This document shows, one piece after another, positions 20,516-29,448 of a DNA stretch of 64,000 nt. Origin of the DNA: a virus; the IMG/VR virus record IMGVR_UViG_3300032213_002833, positions 6,528 to 70,527 of that record; one strand, written 5' to 3'. How positions within the stretch are numbered: the first letter of the stretch is position 1; the number at the start of each line of letters is the position of its first letter. The notes under the pieces are model-generated. The model saw only the letters and a list, made by a program, of their open reading frames with translations, ran no database searches and was not told the origin of the DNA. The position numbers were made by a program, and so were the translations under genes.

Positions 20516-20584
20516 TTGTCAGGACAGGATTCGAACCTGTTTATAGCACGCTCCGCATATAGGCACCAATTCCGCCACCTGACT
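20516..20584 (-). ncRNA. tRNA-like element 1 (no canonical anticodon arm)
   Basis: AGTCAGG-TGGCGGAATTGGTGCC-TATATGCGGAGCGTGCTATAA-ACAGGTTCGAATCCTGT-CCTGACA: acceptor, D-like and T arms present. Confidence 0.7.
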
Positions 20585-20592
20585 ATATTTTT

Positions 20593-20700
20593 CTAAATCA
20601 CATTTACCATCAATCCATAAATCACAAATCCAATCATCCCACCTATTACCAAAGCACCAATCCCTACTTGCCCTATATTTTCAAACCCTAACTTTTTCAT
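20593..20700 (-). CDS. small membrane peptide (35 aa)
   Basis: MKKLGFENIGQVGIGALVIGGMIGFVIYGLMVNVI read by hand. Confidence 0.5.
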   Translation of the reverse strand: MKKLGFENIGQVGIGALVIGGMIGFVIYGLMVNVI

Positions 20701-20701
20701 A

Positions 20702-20809
20702 TTACAATATAATATTTTTCAATACATTAAATAAAAGTACCCCTGCAATTCCACCTAGTATAATCGCAATTCCCCAAGCTTGTGTTTCAGTTAATCTCAT
20801 TTTCATCAT
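20702..20809 (-). CDS. small membrane peptide (35 aa)
   Basis: MMKMRLTETQAWGIAIILGGIAGVLLFNVLKNIIL; promoter motif at about 20825. Confidence 0.5.
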   Translation of the reverse strand: MMKMRLTETQAWGIAIILGGIAGVLLFNVLKNIIL

Positions 20810-20838
20810 TTTTATTTATACTACAATATACGAATTTC

Positions 20839-21009
20839 TTATTTACTCTCCAATTCCAAACTTAATTTAACAGCTAAACTATTTATCACTTTAATTTTTT
20901 CTAATTTAGCCTTAAAACCTCTTCTACTATCTAATTCTTTATTGGTTTGACTTAATACTAAATCTAAACCGTCAACCAATAAATCTAATTCTTCTAAACT
21001 TAATTTCAT
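20839..21009 (-). CDS. small hypothetical protein (56 aa)
   Basis: MKLSLEELDLLVDGLDLVL...LELESK; own promoter motif. Confidence 0.55.
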   Translation of the reverse strand: MKLSLEELDLLVDGLDLVLSQTNKELDSRRGFKAKLEKIKVINSLAVKLSLELESK

Positions 21010-21064
21010 ATTTACCTTTTTAATTATACTGAAATATACGAATTAAATGTTAAATGAGGTAGTC

Positions 21065-21388
21065 CTAAGCTGCTACCTCATTATTATCAGTTTTATTCAT
21101 TTTAGGTCGTCCTCGTTTAACTAAACCTAACTCTCTTTTCATTTCTAACTCCTTAATCCTTAACTGTCTTACACTATTTTCATTTACAGGTCGTCCTAAT
21201 TTTAACTCCCCATTTATCTTTTTACTCTCTAACTCTTTAATCCTTAACTGTCTTACACTATTACTTTCAACAGGTCGTCCTCGTTTTAACTCTCCATTAC
21301 TTCTTTTTAACTCTAATTCTTTTAATCTTAATTGTCTTACACTGTTCTCATTTACAGGACGTCCTAATACTTTTACTTCATTTTTCAT
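21065..21388 (-). CDS. AT-hook tandem-repeat DNA-binding protein
   Basis: three ~29-aa repeats (GRPVNENSVRQLRIKELE...) plus a final KRGRPK. Confidence 0.75.
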   Translation of the reverse strand: MKNEVKVLGRPVNENSVRQLRLKELELKRSNGELKRGRPVESNSVRQLRIKELESKKINGELKLGRPVNENSVRQLRIKELEMKRELGLVKRGRPKMNKTDNNEVAA

Positions 21389-21474
21389 AACTTTACTTTT
21401 TTTAATTTAACTTATTTTCTTAACTTATTTATACTACAATATACGAATTACTTATTTATTTTACTATTCCTTAA

Positions 21475-21681
21475 CTATTCAACAATAAAATTTAACTCAC
21501 AATCACCTTTAATTTCAATAATTTCATAACTTCCATCTAATTTCATTTCATTAACCAATTCATCAAAATCAAATAATTCAAACATATCACCAAAATTTTC
21601 AACAAATTCCTCTTTAGAGTCATAAACAGTCATACCAAAATTTTCCTCTAAATAACAACAAATAAATTTACTTTTTTTCAT
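21475..21681 (-). CDS. acidic hypothetical protein, C-poor coding strand
   Basis: 68 aa, no Ala/Pro/Gln/His; own promoter. Confidence 0.65.
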   Translation of the reverse strand: MKKSKFICCYLEENFGMTVYDSKEEFVENFGDMFELFDFDELVNEMKLDGSYEIIEIKGDCELNFIVE

Positions 21682-21940
21682 TTTTTTTACCTTTTTAATT
21701 ATAATACAATATACGAATTACTTATTAATTATACTATTCCTTAATTAATTAGGTCTAATAATACAATCTTCAAATCTAAATAAAGGATTATACATTATTT
21801 CACAAGCCATTTCCTGAATTAAAAGTAATCCCATTAACCTTAATTCCATTTGTTCTTTTTTACTCATCTTATCTTATTTTAATTATACTGAAATATACGA
21901 AAGCCCTTTTAATTAAGGGCTTCCATTTATTATTATTTTA

Positions 21941-22357
21941 TTAACACTCCCATTTAATCTTTAATATACAAATTCCTTCATTATATATACTTTCTTCTTT
22001 ATAATCTAAAAAACTACCTTCAAAACCACTTTCTTTCATATATCTATAACTCCTCCAACTATAATCATTTAATTTATTAAATTCAATTTTAAAACCTTCA
22101 AATTCTAAATTTTCTAAATATTCTTTAACTTTATTAAATACTTCATTATATAATTTTACTCCAAAATCATTTCTCTCTCTCATTTCATTACTCACAATAC
22201 CTCCCTTCAATCTTCTAACAACCCCTTCTTTAACACCATATAAATCATTAAAACTATAACCAAATCTAACTCCTAATTCTTTATATAATTTTTCAATTAT
22301 TTCATTTCTTACTATTAAACTTCCTTTAGTTTTTTCAACATCAATTTTACCAAACAT
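21941..22357 (-). CDS. hypothetical protein; coding strand has one cytosine
   Basis: 138 aa; the only + strand G is at 22329; promoter and GTTATG start. Confidence 0.75.
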   Translation of the reverse strand: MFGKIDVEKTKGSLIVRNEIIEKLYKELGVRFGYSFNDLYGVKEGVVRRLKGGIVSNEMRERNDFGVKLYNEVFNKVKEYLENLEFEGFKIEFNKLNDYSWRSYRYMKESGFEGSFLDYKEESIYNEGICILKIKWEC

Positions 22358-22444
22358 AACTTTTACTTTTTTAATTATTTATCTTTTTAATTATAATACA
22401 ATATACAAATTATTTTTTAATATTAATAGTCCTTTATTAAACTA

Positions 22445-22466
22445 AAAAACCCCTATAAAAGGGGTC
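22445..22466 (-). terminator. intrinsic terminator
   Basis: ACCCC-TTTTATA-GGGGT followed by a T run on the minus strand. Confidence 0.6.
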
Positions 22467-22491
22467 CTTTAATTAATATTTTATATATTAT

Positions 22492-22905
22492 TTATTTAAA
22501 CTTCTCTATTAAATCCTTTATTAATTCTTTAATATTCATATCCTCTAAACTACTTAATATAATTTCTTTTTCAATATCTTTATATAAACTAAAACTATTT
22601 CCTTTACCATCTTTTAAACTAATATTAAATAATTTTCCTTTATCATTAAAATTTCTATTATTTTTATTAATATAAAATACTCTTATATCATCTTCATCAA
22701 ATTTATTTTCTATTTTTCTAATTTCTTCTTTTAATAAATCTACTTTCTCTTCTAATTCACTAATTTCTTTTACTTTATTTAAAAATAAATCTTTATTTTC
22801 ACTTTTTTCAAATAATTCTTTACTTTTATTAACTTCAATTAATTTAATATTATTAACTACTTCATTAACAACTACATCTAATTCAATTTTACTTAACTTT
22901 TTCAT
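22492..22905 (-). CDS. hypothetical coiled-coil protein; coding strand has no cytosine
   Basis: 137 aa with no A/P/Q/H/T; no G on the + strand across the ORF. Confidence 0.75.
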   Translation of the reverse strand: MKKLSKIELDVVVNEVVNNIKLIEVNKSKELFEKSENKDLFLNKVKEISELEEKVDLLKEEIRKIENKFDEDDIRVFYINKNNRNFNDKGKLFNISLKDGKGNSFSLYKDIEKEIILSSLEDMNIKELIKDLIEKFK

Positions 22906-22981
22906 AACTTTACTTTTTTTAATTTAACTTTTTTAATTATAATACAATATACAAATTTCTTTTTAAATAACCTATTCCTTT

Positions 22982-23293
22982 TTACCATCTAGGTTCAACC
23001 CAACTACACTCAATATCACTTCCTATTACTTTAAAAGTATATTCTAAAGGTTCATCATTAAATTCTCCCATATACTTTATTTCACCACCTTCATTTTTAA
23101 TAAACTCTCTTACTTCAAAAAAGTTTTTAACATCTTCTTCATCATATAAATCATCATCTCCTTTTTCACATTCTTCAAACAAAAAACTTACTTTACTACC
23201 TACTTTATATTCATTATCATTCCCACAACAAAAATCATAAATCATTTCTTCAAAATAATTAATAACTTTTTCATTTAATTTTTCATTTTTCAT
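22982..23293 (-). CDS. acidic hypothetical protein, C-poor
   Basis: 103 aa; own promoter at about 23320. Confidence 0.7.
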   Translation of the reverse strand: MKNEKLNEKVINYFEEMIYDFCCGNDNEYKVGSKVSFLFEECEKGDDDLYDEEDVKNFFEVREFIKNEGGEIKYMGEFNDEPLEYTFKVIGSDIECSWVEPRW

Positions 23294-23859
23294 CTTTTAT
23301 CTTTTTTTAATTATACTACAATATACGAATTAACTTTAATAATTACTATTCCTGTGTTTAGTTTTTCTAGTATATTTCTTTCTATTCCTATAGATGTTAG
23401 GTCTAGTAGCTTTGATAATTTCTTCCTGAGTGATAATAATTGTTTTCATTTTTCTTACTTGTAATATACGAAAGACATTTTAATAAGCCAAGTCCTGAGC
23501 AGAGAGATGGCCGACAAGTAATTGTCAGCTTCTTTTAAAGTTCATTATGTTAGACAATTGAACGTTGCGTTGTGGTTACTGGAGGTTCTTTCTGTGCCCT
23601 AAGTCTGTTGCGTTCCCTGTTCTATTTCTAGCGTGTTCACTGATACATATGTGAAGGTAATGCCCTTTTACCGCTTTTCCAACCACTTTTTAATTTATTT
23701 TTAATTACTTTTACCCCCCCTCCCCCCATTTTACCGCAAGGGGGACGGGGGGTTCATGTTTTTTGTATATATTTTTGGAAAAAGGTACAAAAGGACGTGG
23801 TTGATGAATGGGAGGGTTAGACCCTGACAATTCTCGTCCCCTATTTAGTGATCTGTATT

Positions 23860-24120
23860 TTCCACATATTATAATTTTCATTTCTTGACAATTGACATTC
23901 CTCATTTGGTAATTGATATTCTTTGACGATTTCTATTCCCATGACGATTTTCATTATTTATTGGTGATTTCCATTGGTAATTTATATTTCCATTTTATAT
24001 TTACAAAACATAAATACAATTCATATTTACATTTTCCCATTATAATTTTCATTTACTTTTGATAATTGACATTTCCCATGTTGATTTTCATTCCACACAT
24101 TGACGATTTTCATTTTGCGT
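23860..24120. repeat. degenerate direct repeats in a non-coding region
   Basis: attataattttcattt...aattgacatt twice (about 23868 and 24039); tgacgattt three times. Confidence 0.55.
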
Positions 24121-24196
24121 TTATCTGTTGATAATTTCCGTTTTGGCTTAAGCTAAACTAATGTTTAGATTAGTTCATGATAATCGTTGTTGATTT

Positions 24197-24310
24197 CTAT
24201 TCTTCGTTGTTTACACGTTCACTTTCATTATTTCTAACATCATACCTTACATACAATATAACCATCACTAAACAAAACACATTCCAAACCATAACTAATT
24301 CTCCTTCCAT
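24197..24310 (-). CDS. small membrane peptide (37 aa)
   Basis: MEGELVMVWNVFCLVMVILYVRYD...EE; AAGGTTATG start. Confidence 0.5.
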   Translation of the reverse strand: MEGELVMVWNVFCLVMVILYVRYDVRNNESERVNNEE

Positions 24311-24315
24311 AACCT

Positions 24316-24408
24316 TTATTTATATTTTCTTCTTTTATTTCTTTTATTTATTTCATTCCCCACCAACCCAATCAACAACACTAAATTAATAATTTCTATT
24401 ATTAACAT
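24316..24408 (-). CDS. small membrane peptide (30 aa), C-free coding strand
   Basis: MLIIEIINLVLLIGLVGNEINKRNKRRKYK; promoter at about 24435. Confidence 0.45.
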   Translation of the reverse strand: MLIIEIINLVLLIGLVGNEINKRNKRRKYK

Positions 24409-24460
24409 TTTTTTCTTTATTTATATTATACTGAAATATACGATCTCTATTTTATATCTG

Positions 24461-24652
24461 TTAGTCCTCTAATGTTTCTTCTACTGTAATTACTTCACTT
24501 CCCCAATCATATTGTTCATCAAATGTTATTCCTTCACTTCGATGTTCTCCGGTTTGTAATTTTTCAAGTGCTTCCTCTAGTGAATCCGCTTCAATAAGAT
24601 ATTCTATTGTTGCTTTTACTTGTACCTCTGTTTCAAATCTGAATTGTCCCAT
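24461..24652 (-). CDS. hypothetical protein
   Basis: 63 aa 'IEADSLEEALEK'; own promoter. Confidence 0.65.
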   Translation of the reverse strand: MGQFRFETEVQVKATIEYLIEADSLEEALEKLQTGEHRSEGITFDEQYDWGSEVITVEETLED

Positions 24653-24699
24653 GTTTTTCTTTATTTATACCTTAATATACGAAATCTCTTTAAATAATC

Positions 24700-24936
24700 T
24701 TAGTCCTTTAACCAAACATTTTCATAAAATTCTCTTAACATTTTACCATGTTCTGTTTTAACATAGTTTCTTCTTAAATCAAATAAATGTTGTAAACATC
24801 TATTATATGTCCAAAACTTCTCTACTGATTTATTTGTTTTACTATTGTAGAATCCCGCTTCACTTTCACCCCATTCTTCAACTAAACATTTAACTATTTC
24901 TAATTTTGATTCAAATATATCTTTTAATTCTTTCAT
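24700..24936 (-). CDS. hypothetical protein
   Basis: 78 aa; own promoter. Confidence 0.65.
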   Translation of the reverse strand: MKELKDIFESKLEIVKCLVEEWGESEAGFYNSKTNKSVEKFWTYNRCLQHLFDLRRNYVKTEHGKMLREFYENVWLKD

Positions 24937-24992
24937 TTTCTTAATTTATACTACAATATACGAAATTTATTTTAATAAGCTTAGTCCTTAAT

Positions 24993-25223
24993 TTAAAAAT
25001 CCTTATGTTTAGATACTTGTATTAGAGTAATAAGTTCTTTTTCACTTTCTTTTACCTCAAATCCACCATTGTTGTGTGTTGTTACTCCTATTCTGGAGTG
25101 TTTTGGTTTATCTACTGATCCGTAGCTTCTTGTTTCTTCTACTTCATAAAAATGTCCTATCATATCTACATTTATATAAATAGGAGTATTTCCTTTTAAT
25201 GGTGTTACCTTAATCAATCTCAT
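24993..25223 (-). CDS. hypothetical protein, weakly FlbD-like
   Basis: 'MRLIKVT...IYINVDMI...FEVKES'. Confidence 0.6.
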   Translation of the reverse strand: MRLIKVTPLKGNTPIYINVDMIGHFYEVEETRSYGSVDKPKHSRIGVTTHNNGGFEVKESEKELITLIQVSKHKDF

Positions 25224-25682
25224 AACCTTTATTTTCTTAATTTATACTTTAATATACGAAATCTTTTTTATATTTTTTATTCCCCTAAAATTTCATCTAA
25301 TTGATCAGTAATATATTCCTTTACATCACTATATTCAAACCCATCCTCTAACATTTGATCTGTTATGTCATTAATTGCTTCTTTTAAATTTACAAATGAA
25401 ACAAAGCTCAACATGTTTTCAATTCGTTCTCTTTTTTCAAAATCCATAATCTTTATTTATTTAATTTTAACTTCAATTTCAAATCATTAATAGTCATTTC
25501 TACAAAACCTGCAGTCATAATAGGTGTTTTCCCATTCTGCTCTGCTTTTTCAATCTCAGCAACCATGTTTGCTTGTACTTTATCTAATCCATCACTGATT
25601 AAAAACTTCTCAAAACCATTTAATTTACTCATAACCTTTATTTTTTTTCTCTTTATTTATACTGTAATATACGAAAGCAGCT

Positions 25683-25925
25683 TTAATTAGCTGCTTCCTC
25701 TTTTACTTTTTCTATAATCATCCTTATCGCTTCTTGATTTTCGGGTAATGAATTATCTGGTTTAATTTTCAATTCTGTCATTAAATCGTTTATTTTTGCC
25801 CATTCCCCTCTTGATTTTGAAGTAATGGTATGTTCTTTTCCGAACAATTTTTCATCTACTTTTACTTGTAAAAATGCTTCTGCTTCTTTTTGTTGAATTA
25901 CTTCAATCATTTGTTTTTTTGTCAT
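25683..25925 (-). CDS. hypothetical protein
   Basis: 80 aa; own promoter. Confidence 0.65.
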   Translation of the reverse strand: MTKKQMIEVIQQKEAEAFLQVKVDEKLFGKEHTITSKSRGEWAKINDLMTELKIKPDNSLPENQEAIRMIIEKVKEEAAN

Positions 25926-25975
25926 AACTTTCTTTTTTATTTATACTGTAATATACGAAATCTTTTTTATATCTT

Positions 25976-26362
25976 CTATTCCTCTATTGAATCAGTATCA
26001 TCTGCAGGATAAAATTCACTACTTACAACAACATCATCTTCCTCTTCCTCTTCAACAAATTCACTCAAAATATCTGTGATGTGATCCATTACCCCATGAA
26101 CATCAATTTGAATATCATCAATTGAAATTGTGTTCCCATAATCAATACTAAACGTAACATCATCTTTATCAACCAACTCATCACTATTACGATCCAAACA
26201 ACGCTCAATTTTACCTGAAATTTCATCTGCTAATTCCTGAGTAATGCCTGTTTGTTTCTCGGGTGTGATTTGTTCAATCAATAAAATTATTTTATCAATA
26301 TCAACTGTTGATGATAATGCTTTTACTGTTGTTAGCTGTGCTACTAATTCTTCTTTTTTCAT
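25976..26362 (-). CDS. acidic hypothetical protein
   Basis: 128 aa; own promoter. Confidence 0.7.
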   Translation of the reverse strand: MKKEELVAQLTTVKALSSTVDIDKIILLIEQITPEKQTGITQELADEISGKIERCLDRNSDELVDKDDVTFSIDYGNTISIDDIQIDVHGVMDHITDILSEFVEEEEEDDVVVSSEFYPADDTDSIEE

Positions 26363-26415
26363 AACTTTTTTTTAATTTATTTTCTTTATTTATACTGTAA
26401 TATACGAAAGGGAGC

Positions 26416-26799
26416 TTACGCTCCCTCTTCCTCTAATACATTTTGTAAATAATTAACCATTGGAGATTCAACTCTACCTACTAACCAAATACCATGTCTA
26501 GTTAAACAATAAACATACTCTATTCCACTACCAAAACCATCTTCAAACAATTCCTCTACATCGTTAAATGATTGAAATTTTAAATCTTCACCTCTATCTC
26601 TATGATATGCTACTGTATCTATAGTTGATTCTCCTAGTGAACTGATATCACCTAGTTCTAGTAATTTCTCTAATTTTTCTTGATCGTAGTGTTCAAATAA
26701 CTTTTTACCTACTGAATCTACATACCCATCAAAATGACAATAAATTGAATCTACTGTTTCGTCTTGATTTTCAATTGCTATTCTACTTCTTGTTGCCAT
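26416..26799 (-). CDS. conserved phage protein (YCHxDGY type)
   Basis: 'MATRSRI...SIYCHFDGY...GDISSL...EYVY'. Confidence 0.75.
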   Translation of the reverse strand: MATRSRIAIENQDETVDSIYCHFDGYVDSVGKKLFEHYDQEKLEKLLELGDISSLGESTIDTVAYHRDRGEDLKFQSFNDVEELFEDGFGSGIEYVYCLTRHGIWLVGRVESPMVNYLQNVLEEEGA

Positions 26800-26860
26800 A
26801 ATTTTTCTCTTTATTTATACTATAATATACGAAATTTCTTTAATATCTTCTATTCCTCTG

Positions 26861-27439
26861 TTAATCTTCTCTTGTTATACTTTCTAAACCAAACAATTCA
26901 GTTAATACTGTTTCTTCCATTTCTTCATAACATGTAAGCTCCATTGATGCTAATATCTCAGCTACAGTTGATGAATTTTGTACCTTTTCAATAGCTTTCA
27001 TACAATGGTTAGTGTTAGTTTTGATTGTTTTAATAATATCTTCAATTGTATCAACTTTTTCCTCTCGATCTTCATTGATTACTATTCTGATATCTTGTAA
27101 CATGTCAAATTCAAAGTTTTCAATATGATTTTCTAACATATCAATTACTCGTTGCTTACCTTCTTTAAAATTAAACTTCATAACTTTTTCTTTTTTTATT
27201 TCTTCAAATATACGATCTTCTTTTTGCTGAGAAACTTCCTCTACTTTTGTAAATTGATATTCAAAATAACCACCATCTGCTTGTTCACCTGATAATTCAT
27301 CTCTAATCCATTTTACAAAAACATATTCCTCATCATTCCATCCAATGTAATACTCTTCAACTATAGCTGTTGCTCCTTTTTTAGCTGCGTATGTACCTTC
27401 TCCTTCAAATTCTACTATGTCTCCTTTTTTAAATTTCAT
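26861..27439 (-). CDS. hypothetical protein, probably two fused modules (second begins MKFNFKEG)
   Basis: 192 aa; SH3-like 'KFKKGDIVEF' N-terminus; internal promoter-like aatatacg at about 27206. Confidence 0.6.
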   Translation of the reverse strand: MKFKKGDIVEFEGEGTYAAKKGATAIVEEYYIGWNDEEYVFVKWIRDELSGEQADGGYFEYQFTKVEEVSQQKEDRIFEEIKKEKVMKFNFKEGKQRVIDMLENHIENFEFDMLQDIRIVINEDREEKVDTIEDIIKTIKTNTNHCMKAIEKVQNSSTVAEILASMELTCYEEMEETVLTELFGLESITRED

Positions 27440-27479
27440 AACCTTTATTTCTTTTATACTGTAATATACGAAAGCCCTT

Positions 27480-28244
27480 TTATTTAAGGGCTTCCTGTTT
27501 TGAAAATTTATCTAACAATTTATCTAATCCTAATGTTTCAATCTCAGCATCATGTTTTTTATATAGGTATTCTACATTTCTGTAAGTATCTAACTTAAAT
27601 TGAACATAACTACCTGATTCAAATTTAACTTCAATAACATCAAATGTACCACTATGTTTTCCCCAATCACTTTTAACAGTTATTGTAGCATTTGGATACA
27701 ATTTTGTATACTTTTCAACTGTACTTAGTTTTAAACCGTTTTTCCTTTTATATTCCTCCAACAATTGTTCTTGACGGGAATCAAATGTTTTTAGTTTTTC
27801 AAGTAATGTTGCAGGTTTAATGTAGCGATAATTATCTTGAATAGTACTACAATTAACTTTATCTCTTTCAAATTCAATATTGAATGTAGAATCACGCAAT
27901 TCATTTGGGTTTGAATATGTACCAAATCGTTTTCCTTTCAAAAAAATACCCCCATCAATTGTTTTATATGTTATTTCAGCTTTAAAGTCAGTTTTGTTAT
28001 AGGTATAACCTATTGTCATTTCATTAGTAACAATTTCTATTTTAAATGTATTAACAAAATGAACATCCTTAACAAAACCATTGTTGATAAGTAATTGTTC
28101 GCGTTGCTTATTTATACTTTCATTTGTATTAGCAATATCTTCTCTAATTTTGATAAATTCTGCTATTTTTTGTTCTTGTTCAGGTGTAAATAATATACCT
28201 GCAAACATGTCTAGTTGATTTGGGTCTTTAATTTCTTCGTTCAT
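27480..28244 (-). CDS. hypothetical protein
   Basis: 254 aa; own promoter. Confidence 0.7.
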   Translation of the reverse strand: MNEEIKDPNQLDMFAGILFTPEQEQKIAEFIKIREDIANTNESINKQREQLLINNGFVKDVHFVNTFKIEIVTNEMTIGYTYNKTDFKAEITYKTIDGGIFLKGKRFGTYSNPNELRDSTFNIEFERDKVNCSTIQDNYRYIKPATLLEKLKTFDSRQEQLLEEYKRKNGLKLSTVEKYTKLYPNATITVKSDWGKHSGTFDVIEVKFESGSYVQFKLDTYRNVEYLYKKHDAEIETLGLDKLLDKFSKQEALK

Positions 28245-28297
28245 AACTTTTATTTTCTTAATTTATACTTTAATATACGAAATTTCTTTTAAATTAA

Positions 28298-28537
28298 CTA
28301 TTCCTCTTCTAAATAAGTTAGGGTAACTGACATATAATTAGGTATCCAAAATGTTTGTCCTGCACAATGAGCATATTGATCATTTGATTCGTGTTTTGTT
28401 ACTTCAAAGTAACTTCGTTCACTATCATAGTACAACAATCTCCCACGCATTGTAGGAGATATATTTGTTGAAACGAGTCTACCTATAGCTGATTCTAAAT
28501 TAGGTATAGTAGCTTCTCGTGGTGTGTTTCGTCTCAT
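28298..28537 (-). CDS. hypothetical protein
   Basis: 79-aa ORF. Confidence 0.6.
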   Translation of the reverse strand: MRRNTPREATIPNLESAIGRLVSTNISPTMRGRLLYYDSERSYFEVTKHESNDQYAHCAGQTFWIPNYMSVTLTYLEEE

Positions 28538-28641
28538 TTTCTAAGACTTTTTATAACTGCAACAACTATATTACCACAAACGGATAATAAAATTACTGTT
28601 CCCATAAATGTCCAAAATGAACTAAATATTGTTTCTATCAT

Positions 28642-28845
28642 TTATTTTTTATTTTTATATGATGCATATGCAACTAAAAGCGCTATTCCCCCAATCAATA
28701 CAACTGCTATAATTGGTATCCAAAGCGGGGCTGTAACCCACCACCAACTCCAAGTAATGTTGTTTGTTAATTTTAGAACCATGAATATAAGGAATAGTAT
28801 CATACCAATTCCAATTCCGCCTGATGTGTTTTGTTTGTTGCTCAT
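28642..28845 (-). CDS. small membrane protein (WSWWWVTAPLWIP type)
   Basis: 'LKLT..ITWSWWWVTAPLWIP', common in phages. Confidence 0.75.
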   Translation of the reverse strand: MSNKQNTSGGIGIGMILFLIFMVLKLTNNITWSWWWVTAPLWIPIIAVVLIGGIALLVAYASYKNKK

Positions 28846-28850
28846 TTTAT

Positions 28851-29246
28851 TTATTTATTTTCTTTAATTAACCAACCTACTTTAATCAAATGAAGTAAAA
28901 ATGCTCTAAATTCCTCTAAACCTTGTTTATCAAACATTTCATTTGCATCCTTCATTGAGTCAGGATTACCTTCTAACACGCCCCACATAAAATTTGGATT
29001 ATCTATTTCATCTTCTACCCAATCTTCCCTATCGTCAGAGCGTTTATCTGTTATGTTAATATATGGATCCGGGTAATGATCATCTAATGTTTCAGCATCA
29101 TCTTTCATGATTATATTTGCTGTAAAACACCAATCACTTGATTCCCAGGTGCGTTCCATACTAACAGTAATTTCTTTATCTTCAATTTCTGTTTCAGGTG
29201 TTTCTCTAACATACCACACACCATTTACTTGAATTCTTTCTTCCAT
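28851..29246 (-). CDS. hypothetical protein
   Basis: 131 aa; own promoter. Confidence 0.65.
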   Translation of the reverse strand: MEERIQVNGVWYVRETPETEIEDKEITVSMERTWESSDWCFTANIIMKDDAETLDDHYPDPYINITDKRSDDREDWVEDEIDNPNFMWGVLEGNPDSMKDANEMFDKQGLEEFRAFLLHLIKVGWLIKENK

Positions 29247-29302
29247 TTTTTTAATTTATGCTTTAATATACGAAATCTCTTTTGCTAATAAACGTCCTTT
29301 TT

Positions 29303-29339
29303 TAAAAAACCTACCGTGTGTTTGTAGCCACACGGTAGG
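29303..29339 (-). terminator. intrinsic terminator downstream of tRNA-like element 2
   Basis: CCTACCGTGTG-GCTACAAA-CACACGGTAGG-TTTTTT. Confidence 0.8.
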
Positions 29340-29365
29340 AAAAGAAACGGTTATGAAGCGTTTTG

Positions 29366-29448
29366 TAGTCAGGGCAGGACTCGAACCTGCACTACACCTG
29401 GTATACACCATATTAAACTAGGAGCGTGTTTCATTACACCACCTGACT
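29366..29448 (-). ncRNA. tRNA-like element 2
   Basis: AGTCAGG/CCTGACT-A acceptor, GTGT/ACAC D stem, GCAGG-TTCGAGT-CCTGC T arm; non-canonical centre. Confidence 0.7.

Noticed and set aside
23711-23905. 64-aa minus-strand ORF
   Set aside because: It runs through the repeat and hairpin block, has no promoter or typical start context, and has atypical composition.
29366-29448. Suppressor tRNA (TTA/CTA) and stop-codon recoding
   Set aside because: No canonical anticodon stem-loop forms, and long genes translate intact in the standard code with TAA, TAG and TGA all used as stops.
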